DNA from: Auanema rhodensis
Taxonomy: Eukaryota > Animalia > Nematoda
Direction of reading: 5' to 3'
DNA length: 64,000 bases
Assembly: GCA_964057225.1 (NCBI GenBank)
Contig: OZ059899.1
Span: forward strand, 1,240,001-1,304,000
Position 1 is the first letter of the stretch, and the number at the start of each line of letters is the position of its first letter. The position numbers and the translations under genes are program-made. A model generated the notes under the pieces. That model made no database searches. It was given only the letters and a program-made list of their open reading frames with translations, and was not told where the DNA came from. Positions 24,301 through 38,600 of the stretch are shown in pieces.

Positions 24301-27300
24301 ATTTCAAAATAATTTAGCAAAAAGTAGATGTTTTTAGATTCCATTTTTCAAGGCAAAGACGATAGACAATGTTATTCAACGAAAAAATTAATTCTTCAGG
24401 GTGAAAATCGAGGATATGAGTGTGAACTTATATCAGTTGATATCTCGGTGCATTTTTAAGCTAGCGCAAATCTGATAACACAGATCGACGCAGCTTAAAA
24501 ATCCGCATCGAATGCACTATACTACATCAAGAAACGCTTGATACAAAAATTAGTTATGATCGTTTGAAAAATGATGCATTAGTGTATGTTGAGTTTCCAT
24601 GTACACTCAACATTGCTTCCAAAAACATTTTGACAAAAATTTTTTCGAAAAATTTCAAAATAATTTAGCAAAAAGTAGATGTTTTTAAATTCCTTTTTTT
24701 AAGGCAAAGACGATGGACAATGTTATTCAACGAAAAAATTAATTCTTCAAGGTGAAAATCGAGGATATAAGTGTGAACTTATATCAGTTGATATCTCGGT
24801 GCATTTTTAAGCTAGCGCAAATCTGATAACACAGATCGACGCAGCTTAAAAATCCGCATCGAATGCACTATACTACATCAAGAAACGCTTGATACAAAAA
24901 TTAGTTATGATCGTTTGAAAAATGATGCATTAGTGTATGTTGAGTTTCCATGTACACTCAACATTGCTTCCAAAAACATTTTGACAAAAATTTTTTCGAA
25001 AAATTTCAAAATAATTTAGCAAAAAGTAGATGTTTTTAGATTCCATTTTTCAAGGCAAAGACGATAGACAATGTTATTCAACGAAAAAATTAAATCTTCA
25101 GGGTGAAAATCGAGGATATAAGTGTGAACTTATATCAGTTGATATCTCGGTGCATTTTTAAGCTAGCGCAAATCTGATAACACAGATCGACGCAGCTTAA
25201 AAATCCGCATCGAATGCACTATACTACATCAAGAAACGCTTGATACAAAAATTAGTTATGATCGTTTGAAAAATGATGCATTAGTGTATGTTGAGTTTCC
25301 ATGTACACTCAACATTGCTTCCAAAAACATTTTGACAAAAATTTTTTCGAAAAATTTCAAAATAATTTAGCAAAAAGTAGATGTTTTTAAATTCCTTTTT
25401 TTAAGGCAAAGACGATGGACAATGTTATTCAACGAAAAAATTAATTCTTCAGGGTGAAAATCGAGGATATAAGTGTGAACTTATATCAGTTGATATCTCG
25501 GTGCATTTTTAAGCTAGCGCAAATCTGATAACACAGATCGACGCAGCTTAAAAATCCGCATCGAATGCACTATACTACATCAAGAAACGCTTGATACAAA
25601 AATTAGTTATGATCGTTTGAAAAATGATGCATTAGTGTATGTTGAGTTTCCATGTACACTCAACATTGCTTCCAAAAACATTTTGACAAAAATTTTTTCG
25701 AAAAATTTCAAAATAATTTAGCAAAAAGTAGATGTTTTTAGATTTCATTTTTCAAGGCAAAGACGATAGACAATGTTATTCAACGAAAAAATTAAATCTT
25801 CAGGGTGAAAATCGAGGATATAAGTGTGAACTTATATCAGTTGATATCTCGGTGCATTTTTAAGCTAGCGCAAATCTGATAACACAGATCGACGCAGCTT
25901 AAAAATCCGCATCGAATGCACTATACTACATCGAGAAACGCTTGATACAAAAATTAGTTATGATCGTTTGAAAAATGATGCATTAGTGTATGTTGAGTTT
26001 CCATGTACACTCAACATTGCTTCCAAAAACATTTTGACAAAAATTTTTTCGAAAAATTTCAAAATAATTTAGCAAAAAGTAGATGTTTTTAGATTCCATT
26101 TTTCAAGGCAAAGACGATAGACAATGTTATTCAACGAAAAAATTAAATCTTCAGGGTGAAAATCGAGGATATAAGTGTGAACTTATATCAGTTGATATCT
26201 CGGTGCATTTTTAAGCTAGCGCAAATCTGATAACACAGATCGACGCAGCTTAAAAATCCGCATCGAATGCACTATACTACATCAAGAAACGCTTGATACA
26301 AAAATTAGTTATGATCGTTTGAAAAATGATGCATTAGTGTATGTTGAGTTTCCATGTACACTCAACATTGCTTCCAAAAACATTTTGACAAAAATTTTTT
26401 CGAAAAATTTCAAAATAATTTAGCAAAAAGTAGATGTTTTTAAATTCCTTTTTTTAAGGCAAAGACGATGGACAATGTTATTCAACGAAAAAATTAATTC
26501 TTCAGGGTGAAAATCGAGGATATAAGTGTGAACTTATATCAGTTGATATCTCGGTGCATTTTTAAGCTAGCGCAAATCTGATAACACAGATCGACGCAGC
26601 TTAAAAATCCGCATCGAATGCACTATACTACATCAAGAAACGCTTGATACAAAAATTAGTTATGATCGTTTGAAAAATGATGCATTAGTGTATGTTGAGT
26701 TTCCATGTACACTCAACATTGCTTCCAAAAACATTTTGACAAAAATTTTTTCGAAAAATTTCAAAATAATTTAGCAAAAAGTAGATGTTTTTAGATTCCA
26801 TTTTCCAAGGCAAAGACGATAGACAATGTTATTCAACGAAAAAATTAAATCTTCAGGGTGAAAATCGAGGATATAAGTGTGAACTTATATCAGTTGATAT
26901 CTCGGTGCATTTTTAAGCTAGCGCAAATCTGATAACACAGATCGACGCAGCTTAAAAATCCGCATCGAATGCACTATACTACATCGAGAAACGCTTGATA
27001 CAAAAATTAGTTATGATCGTTTGAAAAATGATGCATTAGTGTATGTTGAGTTTCCATGTACACTCAACATTGCTTCCAAAAACATTTTGACAAAAATTTT
27101 TTCGAAAAATTTCAAAATAATTCAGCAAAAAGTAGATGTTTATAGATTCCTTTTTTCAAGGCAAAGACGATGGACAATGTTATTCAACGAAAAAATTAAT
27201 TCTTCAGGGTGAAAATCGAGGATATAAGTGTGAACTTATATCAGTTGATATCTCGGTGCATTTTTAAGCTAGCGCAAATCTGATAACACAGATCGACGCA

Positions 27301-28082
27301 GCTTAAAAATCCGCATCGAATGCACTATACTACATCAAGAAACGCTTGATACAAAAATTAGTTATGATCGTTTGAAAAATGATGCATTAGTGTATGTTGA
27401 GTTTCCATGTACACTCAACATTGCTTCCAAAAACATTTTGACAAAAATTTTTTCGAAAAATTTCAAAATAATTCAGCAAAAAGTAGATGTTTATAGATTC
27501 CTTTTTTCAAGGCAAAGACGATGGACAATGTTATTCAACGAAAAAATTAATTCTTCAGGGTGAAAATCGAGGATATAAGTGTGAACTTATATCAGTTGAT
27601 ATCTCGGTGCATTTTTAAGCTAGCGCAAATCTGATAACACAGATCGACGCAGCTTAAAAATCCGCATCGAATGCACTATACTACATCGAGAAACGCTTGA
27701 TACAAAAATTAGTTATGATCGTTTGAAAAATGATGCATTAGTGTATGTTGAGTTTCCATGTACACTCAACATTGCTTCCAAAAACATTTTGACAAAAAGT
27801 TTTTCGAAAAATTTCAAAATAATTTAGCAAAAAGTAGATGTTTTTAGATTCCATTTTTCAAGGCAAAGACGATAGACAATGTTATTCAACGAAAAAATTA
27901 ATTCTTCAGGGTGAAAATCGAGGATATAAGTGTGAACTTATATCAGTTGATATCTCGGTGCATTTTTAAGCTAGCGCAAATCTGATAACACAGATCGACG
28001 CAGCTTAAAAATCCGCATCGAATGCACTATACTACATCAAAAAACGCTTGATACAAAAATTAGTTATGATCGTTTGAAAAAT

Positions 28083-30890
28083 GATGCATTAGTGTATGTT
28101 GAGTTTCCATGTACACTCAACATTGCTTCCAAAAACATTTTGACAAAAATTTTTTCGAAAAATTTCAAAATAATTTAGCAAAAAGTAGATGTTTTTAGAT
28201 TCCATTTTTCAAGGCAAAGACGATAGACAATGTTATTCAACGAAAAAATTAAATCTTCAGGGTGAAAATCGAGGATATAAGTGTGAACTTATATCAGTTG
28301 ATATCTCGGTGCATTTTTAAGCTAGCGCAAATCTGATAACACAGATCGACGCAGCTTAAAAATCCGCATCGAATGCACTATACTACATTGAGAAACGCTT
28401 AATACAAAAATTAGTTATGATCGTTTGAAAAATGATGCATTAGTGTATGTTGAGTTTCCATGTACACTCAACATTGCTTCCAAAAACATTTTGACAAAAA
28501 TTTTTTCGAAAAATTTCAAAATAATTCAGCAAAAAGTAGATGTTTATAGATTCCTTTTTTCAAGGCAAAGACGATGGACAATGTTATTCAACGAAAAAAT
28601 TAATTCTTCAGGGTGAAAATCGAGGATATAAGTGTGAACTTATATCAGTTGATATCTCGGTGCATTTTTAAGCTAGCGCAAATCTGATAACACAGATCGA
28701 CGCAGCTTAAAAATCCGCATCGAATGCACTATACTACATCGAGAAACGCTTGATACGAAAATTAGTTATGATCGTTTGAAAAATGATGCATTAGTGTATG
28801 TTGAGTTTCCATGTACACTCAACATTGCTTCCAAAAACATTTTGACAAAAATTTTTTCGAAAAATTTCAAAATAATTTAGCAAAAAGTAGATGTTTTTAG
28901 ATTCCGTTTTTCAAGGCAAAGACGATGGACAATGTTATTCAACGAAAAAAATAATTCTTCAGGGTGAAAATCGAGGATATAAGTGTGAACTTATATCAGT
29001 TGATATCTCGGTGCATTTTTAAGCTAGCGCAAATCTGATAACACAGATCGACGCAGCTTAAAAATCCGCATCGAATGCACTATACTACATCAAGAAACGC
29101 TTGATACAAAAATTAGTTATGATCGTTTGAAAAATGATGCATTAGTGTATGTTGAGTTTCCATGTACACTCAACATTGCTTCCAAAAACATTTTGACAAA
29201 AATTTTTTCGAAAAATTTCAAAATAATTTAGCAAAAAGTAGATGTTTTTAGATTCCATTTTTCAAGGCAAAGACGATAGACAATGTTATTCAACGAAAAA
29301 ATTAATTCTTCAGGGTGAAAATCGAGGATATAAGTGTGAACTTATATCAGTTGATATCTCGGTGCATTTTTAAGCTAGCGCAAATCTGATAACACAGATC
29401 GACGCAGCTTAAAAATCCGCATCGAATGCACTATACTACATCAAGAAACGCTTGATACAAAAATTAGTTATGATCGTTTGAAAAATGATGCATTAGTGTA
29501 TGTTGAGTTTCCATGTACACTCAACATTGCTTCCAAAAACATTTTGACAAAAATTTTTTCGAAAAATTTCAAAATAATTTAGCAAAAAGTAGATGTTTTT
29601 AGATTCCATTTTTCAAGGCAAAGACGATAGACAATGTTATTCAACGAAAAAATTAAATCTTCAGGGTGAAAATCGAGGATATAAGTGTGAACTTATATCA
29701 GTTGATATCTCGGTGCATTTTTAAGCTAGCGCAAATCTGATAACACAGATCGACGCAGCTTAAAAATCCGCATCGAATGCACTATACTACATTGAGAAAC
29801 GCTTAATACAAAAATTAGTTATGATCGTTTGAAAAATGATGCATTAGTGTATGTTGAGTTTCCATGTACACTCAACATTGCTTCCAAAAACATTTTGACA
29901 AAAATTTTTTCGAAAAATTTCAAAATAATTCAGCAAAAAGTAGATGTTTATAGATTCCTTTTTTCAAGGCAAAGACGATGGACAATGTTATTCAACGAAA
30001 AAATTAATTCTTCAGGGTGAAAATCGAGGATATAAGTGTGAACTTATATCAGTTGATATCTCGGTGCATTTTTAAGCTAGCGCAAATCTGATAACACAGA
30101 TCGACGCAGCTTAAAAATCCGCATCGAATGCACTATACTACATCGAGAAACGCTTGATACAAAAATTAGTTATGATCGTTTGAAAAATGATGCATTAGTG
30201 TATGTTGAGTTTCCATGTACACTCAACATTGCTTCCAAAAACATTTTGACAAAAATTTTTTCGAAAAATTTCAAAATAATTTAGCAAAAAGTAGATGTTT
30301 TTAGATTCCGTTTTTCAAGGCAAAGACGATGGACAATGTTATTCAACGAAAAAAATAATTCTTCAGGGTGAAAATCGAGGATATAAGTGTGAACTTATAT
30401 CAGTTGATATCTCGGTGCATTTTTAAGCTAGCGCAAATCTGATAACACAGATCGACGCAGCTTAAAAATCCGCATCGAATGCACTATACTACATCAAGAA
30501 ACGCTTGATACAAAAATTAGTTATGATCGTTTGAAAAATGATGCATTAGTGTATGTTGAGTTTCCATGTACACTCAACATTGCTTCCAAAAACATTTTGA
30601 CAAAAATTTTTTCGAAAAATTTCAAAATAATTTAGCAAAAAGTAGATGTTTTTAGATTCCATTTTTCAAGGCAAAGACGATAGACAATGTTATTCAACGA
30701 AAAAATTAATTCTTCAGGGTGAAAATCGAGGATATAAGTGTGAACTTATATCAGTTGATATCTCGGTGCATTTTTAAGCTAGCGCAAATCTGATAACACA
30801 GATCGACGCAGCTTAAAAATCCGCATCGAATGCACTATACTACATCAAGAAACGCTTGATACAAAAATTAGTTATGATCGTTTGAAAAAT
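28083..30890. repeat. 4-mer higher-order repeat (1404 bp) x2
   Basis: m80-83 match m84-87 (TAAATC; ORF-type monomer; CCGTTT + AAAAAATAATT; CCATTT). ORFs at 28425 and 29829 are 1404 apart. One difference: 28757 G vs 30161 A. Confidence 0.88.
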
Positions 30891-32645
30891 GATGCATTAG
30901 TGTATGTTGAGTTTCCATGTACACTCAACATTGCTTCCAAAAACATTTTGACAAAAATTTTTTCGAAAAATTTCAAAATAATTTAGCAAAAAGTAGATGT
31001 TTTTAAATTCCTTTTTTTAAGGCAAAGACGATGGACAATGTTATTCAACGAAAAAATTAATTCTTCAAGGTGAAAATCGAGGATATAAGTGTGAACTTAT
31101 ATCAGTTGATATCTCGGTGCATTTTTAAGCTAGCGCAAATCTGATAACACAGATCGACGCAGCTTAAAAATCCGCATCGAATGCACTATACTACATCAAG
31201 AAACGCTTGATACAAAAATTAGTTATGATCGTTTGAAAAATGATGCATTAGTGTATGTTGAGTTTCCATGTACACTCAACATTGCTTCCAAAAACATTTT
31301 GACAAAAATTTTTTCGAAAAATTTCAAAATAATTTAGCAAAAAGTAGATGTTTTTAGATTCCATTTTTCAAGGCAAAGACGATAGACAATGTTATTCAAC
31401 GAAAAAATTAAATCTTCAGGGTGAAAATCGAGGATATAAGTGTGAACTTATATCAGTTGATATCTCGGTGCATTTTTAAGCTAGCGCAAATCTGATAACA
31501 CAGATCGACGCAGCTTAAAAATCCGCATCGAATGCACTATACTACATCAAGAAACGCTTGATACAAAAATTAGTTATGATCGTTTGAAAAATGATGCATT
31601 AGTGTATGTTGAGTTTCCATGTACACTCAACATTGCTTCCAAAAACATTTTGACAAAAATTTTTTCGAAAAATTTCAAAATAATTTAGCAAAAAGTAGAT
31701 GTTTTTAAATTCCTTTTTTTAAGGCAAAGACGATGGACAATGTTATTCAACGAAAAAATTAATTCTTCAGGGTGAAAATCGAGGATATAAGTGTGAACTT
31801 ATATCAGTTGATATCTCGGTGCATTTTTAAGCTAGCGCAAATCTGATAACACAGATCGACGCAGCTTAAAAATCCGCATCGAATGCACTATACTACATCA
31901 AGAAACGCTTGATACAAAAATTAGTTATGATCGTTTGAAAAATGATGCATTAGTGTATGTTGAGTTTCCATGTACACTCAACATTGCTTCCAAAAACATT
32001 TTGACAAAAATTTTTTCGAAAAATTTCAAAATAATTTAGCAAAAAGTAGATGTTTTTAGATTCCATTTTTCAAGGCAAAGACGATAGACAATGTTATTCA
32101 ACGAAAAAATTAAATCTTCAGGGTGAAAATCGAGGATATAAGTGTGAACTTATATCAGTTGATATCTCGGTGCATTTTTAAGCTAGCGCAAATCTGATAA
32201 CACAGATCGACGCAGCTTAAAAATCCGCATCGAATGCACTATACTACATCAAGAAACGCTTGATACAAAAATTAGTTATGATCGTTTGAAAAATGATGCA
32301 TTAGTGTATGTTGAGTTTCCATGTACACTCAACATTGCTTCCAAAAACATTTTGACAAAAATTTTTTCGAAAAATTTCAAAATAATTTAGCAAAAAGTAG
32401 ATGTTTTTAGATTCCATTTTTCAAGGCAAAGACGATAGACAATGTTATTCAACGAAAAAATTAAATCTTCAGGGTGAAAATCGAGGATATAAGTGTGAAC
32501 TTATATCAGTTGATATCTCGGTGCATTTTTAAGCTAGCGCAAATCTGATAACACAGATCGACGCAGCTTAAAAATCCGCATCGAATGCACTATACTACAT
32601 CAAGAAACGCTTGATACAAAAATTAGTTATGATCGTTTGAAAAAT

Positions 32646-35600
32646 GATGCATTAGTGTATGTTGAGTTTCCATGTACACTCAACATTGCTTCCAAAAACA
32701 TTTTGACAAAAATTTTTTCGAAAAATTTCAAAATAATTTAGCAAAAAGTAGATGTTTTTAAATTCCTTTTTTTAAGGCAAAGACGATGGACAATGTTATT
32801 CAACGAAAAAATTAATTCTTCAGGGTGAAAATCGAGGATATAAGTGTGAACTTATATCAGTTGATATCTCGGTGCATTTTTAAGCTAGCGCAAATCTGAT
32901 AACACAGATCGACGCAGCTTAAAAATCCGCATCGAATGCACTATACTACATCAAGAAACGCTTGATACAAAAATTAGTTATGATCGTTTGAAAAATGATG
33001 CATTAGTGTATGTTGAGTTTCCATGTACACTCAACATTGCTTCCAAAAACATTTTGACAAAAATTTTTTCGAAAAATTTCAAAATAATTTAGCAAAAAGT
33101 AGATGTTTTTAGATTCCATTTTTCAAGGCAAAGACGATAGACAATGTTATTCAACGAAAAAATTAAATCTTCAGGGTGAAAATCGAGGATATAAGTGTGA
33201 ACTTATATCAGTTGATATCTCGGTGCATTTTTAAGCTAGCGCAAATCTGATAACACAGATCGACGCAGCTTAAAAATCCGCATCGAATGCACTATACTAC
33301 ATCAAGAAACGCTTGATACAAAAATTAGTTATGATCGTTTGAAAAATGATGCATTAGTGTATGTTGAGTTTCCATGTACACTCAACATTGCTTCCAAAAA
33401 CATTTTGACAAAAATTTTTTCGAAAAATTTCAAAATAATTTAGCAAAAAGTAGATGTTTTTAAATTCCTTTTTTTAAGGCAAAGACGATGGACAATGTTA
33501 TTCAACGAAAAAATTAATTCTTCAGGGTGAAAATCGAGGATATAAGTGTGAACTTATATCAGTTGATATCTCGGTGCATTTTTAAGCTAGCGCAAATCTG
33601 ATAACACAGATCGACGCAGCTTAAAAATCCGCATCGAATGCACTATACTACATCAAAAAACGCTTGATACAAAAATTAGTTATGATCGTTTGAAAAATGA
33701 TGCATTAGTGTATGTTGAGTTTCCATGTACACTCAACATTGCTTCCAAAAACATTTTGACAAAAATTTTTTCGAAAAATTTCAAAATAATTTAGCAAAAA
33801 GTAGATGTTTTTAGATTCCATTTTTCAAGGCAAAGACGATAGACAATGTTATTCAACGAAAAAATTAATTCTTCAGGGTGAAAATCGAGGATATAAGTGT
33901 GAACTTATATCAGTTGATATCTCGGTGCATTTTTAAGCTAGCGCAAATCTGATAACACAGATCGACGCAGCTTAAAAATCCGCATCGAATGCACTATACT
34001 ACATTGAGAAACGCTTAATACACAAATTAGTTATGATCGTTTGAAAAATGATGCATTAGTGTATGTTGAGTTTCCATGTACACTCAACATTGCTTCCAAA
34101 AACATTTTGACAAAAATTTTTTCGAAAAATTTCAAAATAATTTAGCAAAAAGTAGATGTTTTTAGATTCCTTTTCTTAAGGCAAAGACGATGGACAATGT
34201 TATTCAACGAAAAAATTAATTCTTCAGGGTGAAAATCGAGGATATAGGTGTGAACTTATATCAGTTGATATCTCGGTGCATTTTTAAGCTAGCGCAAATC
34301 TGATAACACAGATCGACGCAGCTTAAAAATCCGCATCGAATGCACTATACTACATCGAGAAACGCTTGATACAAAAATTAGTTATGATCGTTTGAAAAAT
34401 GATGCATTAGTGTATGTTGAGTTTCCATGTACACACAACATTGCTTCCAAAAACATTTTGACAAAAATTTTTTCGAAAAATTTCAAAATAATTTAGCAAA
34501 AAGTAGATGTTTTTAGATTCCTTTTCTTAAGGCAAAGACGATGGACAATGTTATTCAACGAAAAAATTAATTCTTCAGGGTGAAACTCGAGGATATAAGT
34601 GTGAACTTATATCAGTTGATATCTCGGTGCATTTTTAAGCTAGCGCAAATCTGATAACACAGATCGACGCAGCTTAAAAATCCGCATCGAATGCACTATA
34701 CTACATCAAGAAACGCTTGATACAAAAATTAGTTATGATCGTTTGAAAAATGATGCATTAGTGTATGTTGAGTTTCCATGTACACTCAACATTGCTTCCA
34801 AAAACATTTTGACAAAAATTTTTTCGAAAAATTTCAAAATAATTTAGCAAAAAGTAGATGTTTTTAAATTCCTTTTTTTAAGGCAAAGACGATGGACAAT
34901 GTTATTCAACGAAAAAATTAATTCTTCAGGGTGAAAATCGAGGATATAAGTGTGAACTTATATCAGTTGATATCTCGGTGCATTTTTAAGCTAGCGCAAA
35001 TATGATAACACAGATCGACGCAGCTTAAAAATCCGCATCGAATGCACTATACTACATTGAGAAACGCTTGATACAAAAATTAGTTATGATCGTTTGAAAA
35101 ATGATGCATTAGTGTATGTTGAGTTTCCATGTACACACAACATTGCTTCCAAAAACATTTTGACAAAAATTTTTTCGAAAAATTTCAAAATAATTTAGCA
35201 AAAAGTAGATGTTTTTAGATTCCTTTTCTTAAGGCAAAGACGATGGACAATGTTATTCAACGAAAAAATTAATTCTTCAGGGTGAAAATCGAGGATATAG
35301 GTGTGAACTTATATCAGTTGATATCTCGGTGCATTTTTAAGCTAGCGCAAATCTGATAACACAGATCGACGCAGCTTAAAAATCCGCATCGAATGCACTA
35401 TACTACATTGAAAAACGCTCAATACACAAATTAGTTATGATCGTTTGAAAAATGATGCATTAGTGTATGTTGAGTTTCCATGTACACTCAACATTGCTTC
35501 CAAAAACATTTTGACAAAAATTTTTTCGAAAAATTTCAAAATAATTTAGCAAAAAGTAAATGTTTTTAGATTCCATTTTTCAAGGCAAAGACGATAGACA

Positions 35601-38600
35601 ATGTTATTCAACGAAAAAAGTAATTCTTCAGGGTGAAAATCGAGGATATAAGTGTGAACTTATATCAGTTGATATCTCGGTGCATTTTTAAGCTAGCGCA
35701 AATCTGATAACACAGATCGACGCAGCTTAAAAATCCGCATCGAATGCACTATACTACATTGAGAAACGCTTAATACAAAAATTAGTTATGATCGTTTGAA
35801 AAATGATGCATTAGTGTATGTTGAGTTTCCATGTACACTTAACATTGCTTCCAAAAACATTTTGACAAAAATTTTTTCGAAAAATTTCAAAATAATTTAG
35901 CAAAAAGTAGATGTTTTTAGATTCCATTTTTCAAGGCAAAGACGATAGACAATGTTATTCAACGAAAAAATTAATTCTTCAGGGTGAAAATCGAGGATAT
36001 AAGTGTGAACTTATATCAGTTGATATCTCGGTGCATTTTTAAGCTAGCGCAAATCTGATAACACAGATCGACGCAGCTTAAAAATCCGCATCGAATGCAC
36101 TATACTACATTGAGAAACGCTTAATACAAAAATTAGTTATGATCGTTTGAAAAATGATGCATTAGTGTATGTTGAGTTTCCATGTACACTTAACATTGCT
36201 TCCAAAAACATTTTGACAAAAATTTTTTCGAAAAATTTCAAAATAATTTAGCAAAAAGTAGATGTTTTTAGATTCCATTTTTCAAGGCAAAGACGATAGA
36301 CAATGTTATTCAACGAAAAAATTAATTCTTCAGGGTGAAAATCGAGGATATAAGTGTGAACTTATATCAGTTGATATCTCGGTGCATTTTTAAGCTAGCG
36401 CAAATATGATAACACAGATCGACGCAGCTTAAAAATCCGCATTGAATGCACTATACTACATTGAGAAACGCTTGATACAAAAATTAGTTATGATCGTTTG
36501 AAAAATGATGCATTAGTGTATGTTGAGTTTCCATGTACACACAACATTGCTTCCAAAAACATTTTGACAAAAATTTTTTCGAAAAATTTCAAAATAATTT
36601 AGCAAAAAGTAGATGTTTTTAGATTCCTTTTCTTAAGGCAAAGACGATGGACAATGTTATTCAACGAAAAAATTAATTCTTCAGGGTGAAAATCGAGGAT
36701 ATAGGTGTGAACTTATATCAGTTGATATCTCGGTGCATTTTTAAGCTAGCGCAAATCTGATAACACAGATCGACGCAGCTTAAAAATCCGCATCAAATGC
36801 ACTATACTACATTGAGAAACGCTCAATACACAAATTAGTTATGATCGTTTGAAAAATGATGCATTAGTGTATGTTGAGTTTCCATGTACACTCAACATTG
36901 CTTCCAAAAACATTTTGACAAAAATTTTTTCGAAAAATTTCAAAATAATTTAGCAAAAAGTAGATGTTTTTAGATTCCATTTTTCAAGGCAAAGACGATA
37001 GACAATGTTATTCAACGAAAAAAGTAATTCTTCAGGGTGAAAATCGAGGATATAAGTGTGAACTTATATCAGTTGATATCTCGGTGCATTTTTAAGCTAG
37101 CGCAAATCTGATAACACAGATCGACGCAGCTTAAAAATCCGCATCGAATGCACTATACTACATTGAGAAACGCTTAATACAAAAATTAGTTATGATCGTT
37201 TGAAAAATGATGCATTAGTGTATGTTGAGTTTCCATGTACACTTAACATTGCTTCCAAAAACATTTTGACAAAAATTTTTTCGAAAAATTTCAAAATAAT
37301 TTAGCAAAAAGTAGATGTTTTTAGATTCCATTTTTCAAGGCAAAGACGATAGACAATGTTATTCAACGAAAAAATTAATTCTTCAGGGTGAAAATCGAGG
37401 ATATAAGTGTGAACTTATATCAGTTGATATCTCGGTGCATTTTTAAGCTAGCGCAAATCTGATAACACAGATCGACGCAGCTTAAAAATCCGCATCGAAT
37501 GCACTATACTACATTGAGAAACGCTTAATACAAAAATTAGTTATGATCGTTTGAAAAATGATGCATTAGTGTATGTTGAGTTTCCATGTACACTTAACAT
37601 TGCTTCCAAAAACATTTTGACAAAAATTTTTTCGAAAAATTTCAAAATAATTTAGCAAAAAGTAGATGTTTTTAGATTCCATTTTTCAAGGCAAAGACGA
37701 TAGACAATGTTATTCAACGAAAAAATTAATTCTTCAGGGTGAAAATCGAGGATATAAGTGTGAACTTATATCAGTTGATATCTCGGTGCATTTTTAAGCT
37801 AGCGCAAATATGATAACACAGATCGACGCAGCTTAAAAATCCGCATCGAATGCACTATACTACATTGAGAAACGCTTGATACAAAAATTAGTTATGATCG
37901 TTTGAAAAATGATGCATTAGTGTATGTTGAGTTTCCATGTACACACAACATTGCTTCCAAAAACATTTTGACAAAAATTTTTTCGAAAAATTTCAAAATA
38001 ATTTAGCAAAAAGTAGATGTTTTTAGATTCCTTTTCTTAAGGCAAAGACGATGGACAATGTTATTCAACGAAAAAATTAATTCTTCAGGGTGAAAATCGA
38101 GGATATAGGTGTGAACTTATATCAGTTGATATCTCGGTGCATTTTTAAGCTAGCGCAAATCTGATAACACAGATCGACGCAGCTTAAAAATCCGCATCAA
38201 ATGCACTATACTACATTGAGAAACGCTTAATACAAAAATTAGTTATGATCGTTTGAAAAATGATGCATTAGTGTATGTTGAGTTTCCATGTACACTTAAC
38301 ATTGCTTCCAAAAACATTTTGACAAAAATTTTTTCGAAAAATTTCAAAATAATTTAGCAAAAAGTAGATGTTTTTAGATTCCATTTTTCAAGGCAAAGAC
38401 GATAGACAATGTTATTCAACGAAAAAATTAATTCTTCAGGGTGAAAATCGAGGATATAAGTGTGAACTTATATCAGTTGATATCTCGGTGCATTTTTAAG
38501 CTAGCGCAAATCTGATAACACAGATCGACGCAGCTTAAAAATCCGCATCGAATGCACTATACTACATTGAGAAACGCTTAATACAAAAATTAGTTATGAT

